Part shown: piece after piece, positions 42,261 to 51,003 of the stretch
Position numbering within the stretch: position 1 is the first letter of the stretch
Layout: each line of letters begins with the position of its first letter
Assembly (NCBI GenBank): GCA_051013385.1
Contig: CP143273.1
Coordinates: forward strand, 224,001 to 288,000
Reading direction: 5' to 3'
Length of the DNA: 64,000 nucleotides
Source: Phormidium sp.
Lineage (GTDB): Bacteria > Cyanobacteriota > Cyanobacteriia > Cyanobacteriales > Aerosakkonemataceae
Position numbers and translations under genes: made by a program
The notes under the pieces: generated by a model
What the model was told of the DNA's origin: nothing
Database searches by the model: none
Seen by the model: the letters and a program-made list of their open reading frames with translations, nothing else

Positions 42261-43457
42261 AGAAACTTACTGCTAAAATTTGTAGAAAACTATTTAAGTG
42301 GAATACTCAATTATAGCAACTCTGCCTAACCAAAGTTAATAAGAAGTCTTTTACTAGCTAGTCAAACCTTTATTTATACTTCTTCAAGCTTAGAAATTGT
42401 CTATATAATCGAGCTTCAAACGAGCGGATTGACTTCCATAGAGTGTACTAGGGACTGCTCATCCTATTTTCACTCTACTTTACTAAATTTATTGAGTTGA
42501 TTGCTTTTTAGCCTTCATCTTAGTCCATATTTTCCTCCCCCAGTAAATTTACTGAAATTTGTTTGATCTCTAGCCTAGCTCTATGAGAGCCGAATCGCCT
42601 GGGATCACCTGTTTTAGCATTTTAACTCTGCTGAGCTAATTCTACTAACTAGGCTACTTGACAAAAAATATATTTTACCTACTTGTTTAACAATCAGGGT
42701 AAGTTAGTCGTTTTCCATCAGTTACTTCCTCTTAACATTTCTAAGTAATACTAGCCTAGCGATGTTTCACCACAACTACAGGTTTGTGTATGTAGTCAGG
42801 TTAGGACAGAAGGTGTACCAAGGTCAAGAAGCCAAACTATTCATTTCTAAGTATGACAGGAGGGATATAAGTTAAGTTTCCACTGCTATTGGCTTTTATG
42901 ACTATCCTATCTGAGTTTGAAATAATGTAACTATTTAAGTTACTTTTTGGAAAATTTCAGTGGGGCTTCACTAATTTAAGTAAACGTCGATACTAGAAAA
43001 TTAGTTACACTGCTGTTCTAATTTTGAGTTATCATTAAAATTCCTTGGTAAGGGTTGCAATAAATTTAAGTTTTATGTCCGATAATCAAACTGATACTAC
43101 AATCAATCAGGAGAAAACAAATTGCCAGGATTCCGGTTCGATAAATTCCCGATCGCCACAAGTTATCCCGCTCTTTTGTATAAAAAAACACAAAAATTTT
43201 AGCAAAGGATATGGGAGATAAAGTTCCGATCGCAGTTATACTAAGCAGAGAGTTAATTTTTCTAAAGATCTGGGAACAAAATCCAGAATTTACCTTTTGC
43301 TCATCACAGCCAAAAAGTCTGATTAGTTAAGTGAAGCAAAATATACCTGTGGTAATAAAGAAATAAAGAGCCAAGTAGCTATTCTAAATAAGGAATAAAC
43401 AAATAAAATTGAAAACTTACAGATAATAAATACTCAACACAAGATGAGAGGTAAGAT

Positions 43458-45953
43458 ATGCCATTAAAACCAACCGTAGCCTCCAGTAAGTTAGCTCAGT
43501 CTACTACAGAACTTCCCTCAGTTAAAAGCAAATTAACTAGCTCTAAATCCAGAGGTAAACCTGTGCAGACTAATCGTTTTCATCGTTGGGGTAATATGGT
43601 TGCCGGAGTGTGGGTTCTAGCAGCAGCGCTCGCCACAGGAATGAACCCGCAAGTAGTGCAGAAAGTTGAAAACGAAATGCAAAACATATTTTTTCAACTG
43701 CGAGGGCCAATTGCTCCACCTGATAACATTGTGATTTTAGCGATCGACAATGACACATTATCAATACCCCGACAACTATATCAAATTGCTCCCAAAGATA
43801 ACGCTAGTTTAGAGCAATTACAAAGCTTTCCTTTCCAAAGAAAAGCTTATGCACAAGTAATAGATAAACTGATGGCAGCCGGGGCAAAAACTGTAGCTGT
43901 AAATATAGAATTTATTGCTCCAAGCAGTTATGGAGTAGCAGACGATCGCCGCTTGCAACAAACATTACAGCGCTTTGCAGGTCGGATTACTTTACCAGTA
44001 GCTTACGATGAATACAACACTCCTACCGGACTACAAGTACAACTAATAGAACCATTACCGCTATTACAAACAAATCCAATTTCTCTGGGTTCAATTAATT
44101 ATTTATTAGAGCCAAATGGAAAAATTCACCGTTTCACTAACGCCTATCGTCAGAAATTAGCAGCAAATTATCAACACCAGCTACAAGCAACTGACAACCT
44201 GAAATTAAAAAAAGCTGGTTTTGATTTTGCCGAAGCAACATTACAAGCAGCGAAAATAAATTATCCGCCAGCCAAAGGCGATCGCATAAATTTCTCCGGT
44301 CCCAAAGGAACATTTAAACAAATTTCCTTTTGGCAAGTATTAGAGCCAAAAGAAGGGAAAAAAATACTTGAGGAATTTCAAGACAAAATTGTATTAATTG
44401 GAGCCACAGATACCAGCCTGAAAGATTTTTATCCAACAGCATTTTCTTCAGAAATGCCAGGAGTAGAAATTCATGCCAATGCGATCGCCACCTTGCAGCA
44501 AGGAACAGCCCTCGCCAAAGCAATTTCCAATCGATTTATCGAAGCAATAGTTGTACTGATAGGTGTGGGAGGGGCAGGGATAATACTCAACAAACAAAAA
44601 AGTAACATTAATAGATTAAGCTACACAATAGGCATGATAATTGCCTGGGGAAGTATTAGTTATATCGCCTTTATTCACGGGTACAAAATATTACCAACAG
44701 CCGTGCCAACGATCGCGATCGTCCTCACCGGAATTAGCTACTCAACCACCGAAGCAGCCCAAGAAAAAGTTAAAAAACTCTTACTCCATGAAACCTTAAA
44801 GAAATATGCAAATTCAGCGATCGTCAAACAAATTATCAGCCAACAAGACGATCTAGCCGACCTACTTCCCATAAAAGACCTAGAATCATCCAGCAAAAAA
44901 ATTGGTGGTCGCTACGAAATCATTAAAATATTGGGTGCAGGAGGATTTGGCGAAACCTACATAGCCCAAGACACCCAGCGACCGGGCAATCCCTTATGTG
45001 TAGTCAAACAACTTAAACCAGACATTCATAACCCCAAACATTTAGACCTAGCTAAACGTTTATTTCCGCGAGAAGCAGAAACCTTAGAAAGGCTAGGTAA
45101 ACATGACCAAATTCCCCAACTTTTAGCTTACTTTGAAGAAAATGAAGAATTTTACCTAGTCCAAGAATTTATTGATGGACATTCCTTAGAAGACGAATTA
45201 CCACAAGGTAAGCAAGTTCCCGAAGGCGAAGTCATCAATATGTTAAAAGAGCTCTTAACAGTATTAGAATTCGTCCATAATAACGGAGTTATTCACCGAG
45301 ACATTAAACCCAACAACATAATTAGACGACACTCAGATCAGAAATTAGTCCTCATTGATTTCGGTGCAGTCAAACAAATTAGCACTCAAGTACTAAACAG
45401 TGAAGGCTCAACTCGCTTCACAGTCGCCATTGGTACACAAGGATATGCACCATCAGAACAATGTAGCGGTAGACCAAGACCAAACAGCGACATCTACGCA
45501 TTAGGAATGACCGCAATTAAAGCCCTCACAGGAGTATCTCCTACACAATTAATTCAAGACCCAAAAACAGGAGAAATCTTGTGGACACATAAAGTGCAAA
45601 TTAGCCCAGAACTAGCAGCTATAGTCAGCAAAATGGTGTATTACGATTTTAATCAAAGGTATCAGACCGCAACAGAAGTAATAGAAGATCTTTTAGAGTT
45701 AACCAACTCTCCTAATCATGCTTTGCCTGCAACAAAAAATACACCAGAAAAAACAGATTACTTAGAATTAAACCTTCCTACAAGAAACTGGTCAGAAGCT
45801 TCACTGGAAATCACAGATGCTTCAGAACAGGAAATAGAGACCAAAAACTGGACAAATGATTCGTTAGATATAACAGATTTTTCAGAGATTAATACTCCCA
45901 CAAAAAACTGGTCTGTCGAATCTCAAACCTTTTCCCTACCGCCTAACAATTAA
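43458..45953 (+). CDS. CHASE2-domain Ser/Thr protein kinase
   Basis: IVILAID...MPGVEIHAN CHASE2, three TM segments, GAGGFG, HRDIKPNN, DFG, GYAPSEQ. Confidence 0.95.
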   Translation: MPLKPTVASSKLAQSTTELPSVKSKLTSSKSRGKPVQTNRFHRWGNMVAGVWVLAAALATGMNPQVVQKVENEMQNIFFQLRGPIAPPDNIVILAIDNDTLSIPRQLYQIAPKDNASLEQLQSFPFQRKAYAQVIDKLMAAGAKTVAVNIEFIAPSSYGVADDRRLQQTLQRFAGRITLPVAYDEYNTPTGLQVQLIEPLPLLQTNPISLGSINYLLEPNGKIHRFTNAYRQKLAANYQHQLQATDNLKLKKAGFDFAEATLQAAKINYPPAKGDRINFSGPKGTFKQISFWQVLEPKEGKKILEEFQDKIVLIGATDTSLKDFYPTAFSSEMPGVEIHANAIATLQQGTALAKAISNRFIEAIVVLIGVGGAGIILNKQKSNINRLSYTIGMIIAWGSISYIAFIHGYKILPTAVPTIAIVLTGISYSTTEAAQEKVKKLLLHETLKKYANSAIVKQIISQQDDLADLLPIKDLESSSKKIGGRYEIIKILGAGGFGETYIAQDTQRPGNPLCVVKQLKPDIHNPKHLDLAKRLFPREAETLERLGKHDQIPQLLAYFEENEEFYLVQEFIDGHSLEDELPQGKQVPEGEVINMLKELLTVLEFVHNNGVIHRDIKPNNIIRRHSDQKLVLIDFGAVKQISTQVLNSEGSTRFTVAIGTQGYAPSEQCSGRPRPNSDIYALGMTAIKALTGVSPTQLIQDPKTGEILWTHKVQISPELAAIVSKMVYYDFNQRYQTATEVIEDLLELTNSPNHALPATKNTPEKTDYLELNLPTRNWSEASLEITDASEQEIETKNWTNDSLDITDFSEINTPTKNWSVESQTFSLPPNN

Positions 45954-46149
45954 ATTATCACTAATCAGAAAAACTATTTCTTAAAAACTGGTAAACGCCA
46001 ATAGATTTTCTGATAACAAAATAAATTAAAGCCCACTAAAGCGCCGATTCAGTATTCAAGATCACCTGGAAAACAGGGTTTCTATGATTACTAAATCGGC
46101 GTTTTAGTGCAGCACATCGTAACTAGACCAACCACACACACCAGCTTAA

Positions 46150-46269
46150 CTGAGCTCTTGCACCATTCTCAACAAGACTTGAAAAACCGGGTTATGAACG
46201 AAAAACCTGGGCTTTCAGATTTAGCTATTTGCTCACCTCCCGGTTTTTAGCCCTGGTGCAAGATCTGAG
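46150..46269. mobile_element. MITE, second copy of the 3040 family
   Basis: Same TIR and similar interior; flanked by TTAA on both sides. Confidence 0.8.
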
Positions 46270-46334
46270 TTAAGACTGACACCGGGGTACAGAGAAGTTT
46301 TTGGGAAATCGCCAACGGGTTAAAACCCGTTAAC

Positions 46335-48590
46335 TTAAGCCTCTGGTCGTGGCGGTGGCGCAGGCGGTGGTGGCGCAGGCGCAGGTGGTGGTTCTACGGG
46401 TGGCGCAGGCGGTGGTGGCGCAGGCGCAGGTGGTGGTTCTACGGGTGGCGCAGGCGGCGGTGGCGCAGGCGCAGGTGGCGCAGGCGGCGGTGGCGCAGGC
46501 GCAGGTGGTGGTTCTACGGGTGGCGCAGGCGGCGGTGGCGCAGGCGCAGGTGGTGGTTCTACGGGTGGCGCAGGCGGCGGTGGCGCAGGCGCAGGTGGTG
46601 GTTCTACGGGTGGCGCAGGCGGCGGTGGCGCAGGCGGCGGTGGCGCAGGCGCAGGCGGCGGTGGCGCAGGCGCAGGTGGCGGTGGCGCAGGCGCAGGTGG
46701 TGGTTCTACGGGTGGCGCAGGCGGCGGTGGCGCAGGCGCAGGTGGTGGTTCTACGGGTGGCGCAGGCGGCGGTGGCGCAGGCGGCGGTGGCGCAGGCGCA
46801 GGCGGCGGTGGCGCAGGCGCAGGTGGTGGTTCTACGGGTGGCGCAGGCGGCGGTGGCGCAGGCGCAGGTGGCAGAGGTGGCGGTGGTGGCGGTGGCGGCG
46901 GTGGCGGTGGTGGCGGTGGCGGCGGTGGCGCAGGCGCAGGTGGCGCAGGCGGCGGTGGCGCAGGCGCAGGTGGTGGTTCTACGGGTGGCGCAGGCGGCGG
47001 TGGCGCAGGCGGTGGTGGCGCAGGCGGTGGTGGCGCAGGCGGTGGTGGCGCAGGCGGTGGTGGCGCAGGCGGTGGTGGCGCAGGCGGTGGTGGCGCAGGC
47101 GGTGGTGGCGCAGGCGGCGGTGGCGCAGGCGGTGGTGGCGCAGGCGGCGGTGGCGCAGGCGGCGGTGGCGCAGGCGGTGGTGGCGCAGGCGGTGGTGGCG
47201 CAGGCGGCGGTGGCGCAGGCGGCGGTGGCGCAGGCGGCGGTGGCGCAGGCGGTGGTGGCGCAGGCGGTGGTGGCGCAGGCGGCGGTGGCGCAGGCGGTGG
47301 TGGCGCAGGCGGCGGTGGCGCAGGCGGTGGTGGCGCAGGCGGTGGTGGCGCAGGCGGTGGTGGCGCAGGCGGTGGTGGCGCAGGCGGTGGTGGCGCAGGC
47401 GGTGGTGGCGCAGGCGGTGGTGGCGCAGGCGGTGGTGGCGCAGGCGGCGGTGGCGCAGGCGGCGGTGGCGCAGGCGGTGGTGGCGCAGGCGGTGGTGGCG
47501 CAGGCGGTGGTGGCGCAGGCGGTGGTGGCGCAGGCGGCGGTGGTGTGGGTGATTGATTAAACAAAACCTCCCCAGCTTCAACGGGAGGGAATGATTCTAA
47601 AGGATTTCTATCTATAGGTGAATTGTTTTGTAAAGGCGGATTCGGTTCAGGGAGGATAATTTTAGATTCATCAAAGGCTAGTGATAGATCGCAATTTGAG
47701 GTATTCCCGGAACTAGCAGCGGGAGAAAAAGAAATTTGTAATTGGAAAGACTCATCTACTGCTCGGCTTTCCTGCTTTCCCGCAACGCCAGAAGCAGCGC
47801 ATCGCAGCACAACTTGGTATGGGTTTGATATATTTGTGGGAAGGCGGACAAAAGCTGGAGTTTCTAGAATACCTTCACCAGTTATAGGAGGCTGAGCAGC
47901 TAAAGCTGTGGAAGTTTCGGCTTGTACTTGTGTTCTTGCGGGATCGGTTGCAACTTGGTTTGTTAATTCAGTTAAATTGAGACCTCTGGTTAATTCACTG
48001 GTTTCATAAAAAGTTTTTAGATCAAAATCATATATGCCTGTAATTCTGTCTTTTTCGATGACTGCTAACTGTCCTGCTCGCAGTCCTTCTCGTTGTGAGC
48101 CACTTTGGTTAAATACTTCTATGTTGCTATCTGTGAGAGCGCCTACGATCGTAGTATTTGTATCAGGAATGTAGCGTACAAATAAGGCTGATCCTCGAAT
48201 TCCTGCTCTAGCGTTAGGCGTTCGCACGCGAGTTTCGCCCCGCCCAGGCGGAATCAGCAGCAGCATCGTACCGTTATTCAACCGAAAAGTACGGGTATTG
48301 GGTAAAAACAAAAATACTGCTTGTTGACCAATGCGGGCTAAAGAACCATCATTGAAGCGTAATTCTGCTAAAGATTCTGGCCCTGTTGCCAGGGAATCTC
48401 CGGGACTGACTCGATCGTATATTCTGGCAGGCCGCCCTCCCTGATTTTGCGGAATCAGCCGCACTAAATTACGTATACTTTCAACAATGGCTCTGGTTAA
48501 GGGCGTTTGAGCACGTACCGCCTTGGGTAGTGAGAAGGCTATAATACCCCATGAAATTACGCCCAGAAGCAGAATTAACTTTTGAGACAT
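46335..48590 (-). CDS. Secreted FecR-domain protein with ~400 aa polyproline tail
   Basis: Signal peptide; TGPESLAELRFNDGS...TPNARAGIRGS; (PAPPP)n tail. Confidence 0.85.
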   Translation of the reverse strand: MSQKLILLLGVISWGIIAFSLPKAVRAQTPLTRAIVESIRNLVRLIPQNQGGRPARIYDRVSPGDSLATGPESLAELRFNDGSLARIGQQAVFLFLPNTRTFRLNNGTMLLLIPPGRGETRVRTPNARAGIRGSALFVRYIPDTNTTIVGALTDSNIEVFNQSGSQREGLRAGQLAVIEKDRITGIYDFDLKTFYETSELTRGLNLTELTNQVATDPARTQVQAETSTALAAQPPITGEGILETPAFVRLPTNISNPYQVVLRCAASGVAGKQESRAVDESFQLQISFSPAASSGNTSNCDLSLAFDESKIILPEPNPPLQNNSPIDRNPLESFPPVEAGEVLFNQSPTPPPPAPPPPAPPPPAPPPPAPPPPAPPPPAPPPPAPPPPAPPPPAPPPPAPPPPAPPPPAPPPPAPPPPAPPPPAPPPPAPPPPAPPPPAPPPPAPPPPAPPPPAPPPPAPPPPAPPPPAPPPPAPPPPAPPPPAPPPPAPPPPAPPPPAPPPPAPPPPAPPPPAPPPPAPPPPAPPPPAPPPPAPPVEPPPAPAPPPPAPPAPAPPPPPPPPPPPPPPPPPPLPPAPAPPPPAPPVEPPPAPAPPPPAPAPPPPAPPPPAPPVEPPPAPAPPPPAPPVEPPPAPAPPPPAPAPPPPAPAPPPPAPPPPAPPVEPPPAPAPPPPAPPVEPPPAPAPPPPAPPVEPPPAPAPPPPAPPAPAPPPPAPPVEPPPAPAPPPPAPPVEPPPAPAPPPPAPPPRPEA
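46350..47544. repeat. Coding VNTR with 15-nt unit and higher-order blocks
   Basis: GGCGCAGGCGG(T/C)GGT units; recurring blocks encoding PVEPPPAPAPPPPAP. Confidence 0.95.
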
Positions 48591-48771
48591 GGATCTACCT
48601 CAGCAAGAAAACCCGTACCATCGTAAATTGGAATAGCCGCTTTAAGCCCATACTACAAAGATAAGGTCTTTAGTGTCTGGCTTGATTTTACTTTTGGGTA
48701 AATGGAATCAACCATTTAAGCGTCATTCCTTTAGTGAGGTTCAGGTGTTGATACTAATTTAATCCAACTCT

Positions 48772-50022
48772 GTGGGTGGTTTTAGGTTGAGAATTAATTA
48801 CAACTCAGCATTTAGCTGTCAATCTCATTCCGGGAGTGCCATTATTAGCAAGCTAAAAGTTTCTTTACAGCACTATTTAGAACCACTGCGGCAACCTAAA
48901 GAAAGTCTTTTTTTCTGGTTGTTTTTACTGTCTAGTGGTGTTGCTTGTTTGTCTTTGGAATTGAATGCTGCTGTCGCTAGTCCAGGCACTTGGGAAAGAG
49001 AGTCTTTTGCTCCTGATTTTTCCGGGGAAAGTTTACGTCATCAGGCTCCTAATTTACCGCTGATTTCTGAAGAAAAAACTGTTTTGGGTTCGGTAAGTAA
49101 GTCCGCAGCAGATTTGCAAATTCCAGGTTTAGCGGTAAACCTTGATGGTGTGGTGACTGTCGAAAGTTCAGCAGTGGATGATATTCAACCCAATAATCTG
49201 CCTGATTCTGATTCTTCTGTGGCTCAAACGGAAACACAATTAACACCAGAGAATGTCGATATCGATCCCGATTTAGGTAGATTGCGGTTGCGATTACAAA
49301 GGGTTCCGCCTACGGAACGCCAGCCTGTTTTGTATTTTGTTCCAACGCTAAATTTTTCCCGCAGTAATAATCCTTTTTTTAGTATTGATCCGGTTACGGA
49401 TTCACAGTTTTCCCCAGGATTTCTATTTTGGTCAACGCCTAAGATTGGCGAGAGGACTTGGTTAAGTTTTTCTTTGGATGGGAACTTGACTCGTTATTTT
49501 AAGGAGTCTCAGTTTGATTATAATTTGGTGCGGTTTAAAACGGGTGTTCGTCAGCAGTTAAATTCTCGGATGACTGGGGAAGTTGGTTGGTATAATCAAC
49601 AACTGTTTCGGACTAATGGCGGACGCTTTTTGCAGGAAAATTTCTTCTATTTGTGGCTATCACGACGCGATTTTATCACTCCAAAATTAGAGCTATTTTC
49701 TTATTATAATGTGGCTCTGGATTTGGCTGATCCAGACTCTCTCAGTCGGTTTACTCACTTTTTAACTCTCTCTTTAGGTTACTATGTTCGCCCAACTTTT
49801 CAAGTCGGTGTTGAATACCAATTTTTCCTTTCTGACTACACTAAAGTACAGCGTCTAGATTATTTTAGTCGCTTTCTGGGTCGGGTGACTTATAATATAA
49901 ATCGCCAGAATCAATTAGTTTTTAGATTTGGCTTTAGTACTGGAGATTCTTCGGAAAATTTCTTGAATTACAATGATTGGTTATTTAATCTCACTTATAG
50001 TATCACCTTTCCGATTTATTGA
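48772..50022 (+). CDS. Putative outer-membrane beta-barrel protein (start uncertain)
   Basis: Signal-like segment, acidic linker, alternating aromatic beta-strands, C-terminal LTYSITFPIY. Confidence 0.65.
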   Translation: MGGFRLRINYNSAFSCQSHSGSAIISKLKVSLQHYLEPLRQPKESLFFWLFLLSSGVACLSLELNAAVASPGTWERESFAPDFSGESLRHQAPNLPLISEEKTVLGSVSKSAADLQIPGLAVNLDGVVTVESSAVDDIQPNNLPDSDSSVAQTETQLTPENVDIDPDLGRLRLRLQRVPPTERQPVLYFVPTLNFSRSNNPFFSIDPVTDSQFSPGFLFWSTPKIGERTWLSFSLDGNLTRYFKESQFDYNLVRFKTGVRQQLNSRMTGEVGWYNQQLFRTNGGRFLQENFFYLWLSRRDFITPKLELFSYYNVALDLADPDSLSRFTHFLTLSLGYYVRPTFQVGVEYQFFLSDYTKVQRLDYFSRFLGRVTYNINRQNQLVFRFGFSTGDSSENFLNYNDWLFNLTYSITFPIY

Positions 50023-50839
50023 GATAGGAACACCAATCACTCCAACTACCTGCGTAAAGTTTGGCAGTTTTAATTCCCGCTAGTTCTAATGAGAGTAAGT
50101 TGACGCAAGCTGTCACCCCAGAACCGCAATAAACGATAATTTCTTCGGCGTTTTCTACCTCTGACCAACGGCTTTTTTGTGCTTCTGGTGGTTTGGCGTT
50201 TCCTTGTTGGTCTGTGACTTCTTGCCAAGGATAGTTTACTGCACCGGGAATATGTCCGGCGATCGGATCTATTGGTTCTTTTTCCCCTCGGTAACGTTCG
50301 CCTTCTCGTGAGTCCACTAAGACAACTTCGGGTAAATCTTTGCGGGTTTTTACTGTTTCAATATCGACCACCATTGGCGATCGCAAATTCACCACAAATT
50401 TCCCCGGTTTACCAGTTGGTATCGCATCTGACACCGGATAATTACCATTCACCCACGACTTCCACCCACCATCTAACAAAGCTACTTTGTCATGTCCCAA
50501 ATAGCGCAATAACCACCATAAACGCGCCGCAAAACCAAACCGCGAATCATCATAAGCAACAACTAAAGTTTCCTGAGAATTTACCCCAATTGCTGCTAAC
50601 TTTTGGGCTAATTCTTCTACATTAGGTAAAGGATGTCTTCCCCCATGTTCTCCCACTGGCGAGGAAAGATCTCGGTTCAAGTCAAGAAAGAATGCACCAG
50701 CAATATGACTAGTTTGATATTGTCTGCGTCCTAATTCAGGATCGGCTAAGGAAAAACGACAATCAACTATGATAACTTGGGGGTCTTCCAGATGTTCAGA
50801 TAGCCATTGGGGAGAAACAATTAAAGGAGTGTCAGACAT
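50003..50839 (-). CDS. Rhodanese-type sulfurtransferase (SseA-like)
   Basis: HIAGA, GRHPLP, LDGG, GHIPGA, YCGSGVTA, YAGSWSDW. Confidence 0.95.
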   Translation of the reverse strand: MSDTPLIVSPQWLSEHLEDPQVIIVDCRFSLADPELGRRQYQTSHIAGAFFLDLNRDLSSPVGEHGGRHPLPNVEELAQKLAAIGVNSQETLVVAYDDSRFGFAARLWWLLRYLGHDKVALLDGGWKSWVNGNYPVSDAIPTGKPGKFVVNLRSPMVVDIETVKTRKDLPEVVLVDSREGERYRGEKEPIDPIAGHIPGAVNYPWQEVTDQQGNAKPPEAQKSRWSEVENAEEIIVYCGSGVTACVNLLSLELAGIKTAKLYAGSWSDWCSYLNKSER

Positions 50840-51003
50840 TGGCGATGCTTTGGCTGGATTTGAGTTGAAAATTAGCTGATTAAAGTATATTGGCTGCAAC
50901 TAAAGTTGGCAAGCAGGGTGGGTTCGCAGCGGGTAAAGTGGGATGAGGGTAAAGCGATCGCTTAACTCTGAAAGTCAAAGATTAAGATAAAATCGAAAAT
51001 CAA

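Noticed and set aside
46349..47581. 403 aa (VAQA)n and 200 aa (RLRHH)n ORFs
   Set aside because: Alternative frames of the stop-free polyproline VNTR; no independent start context
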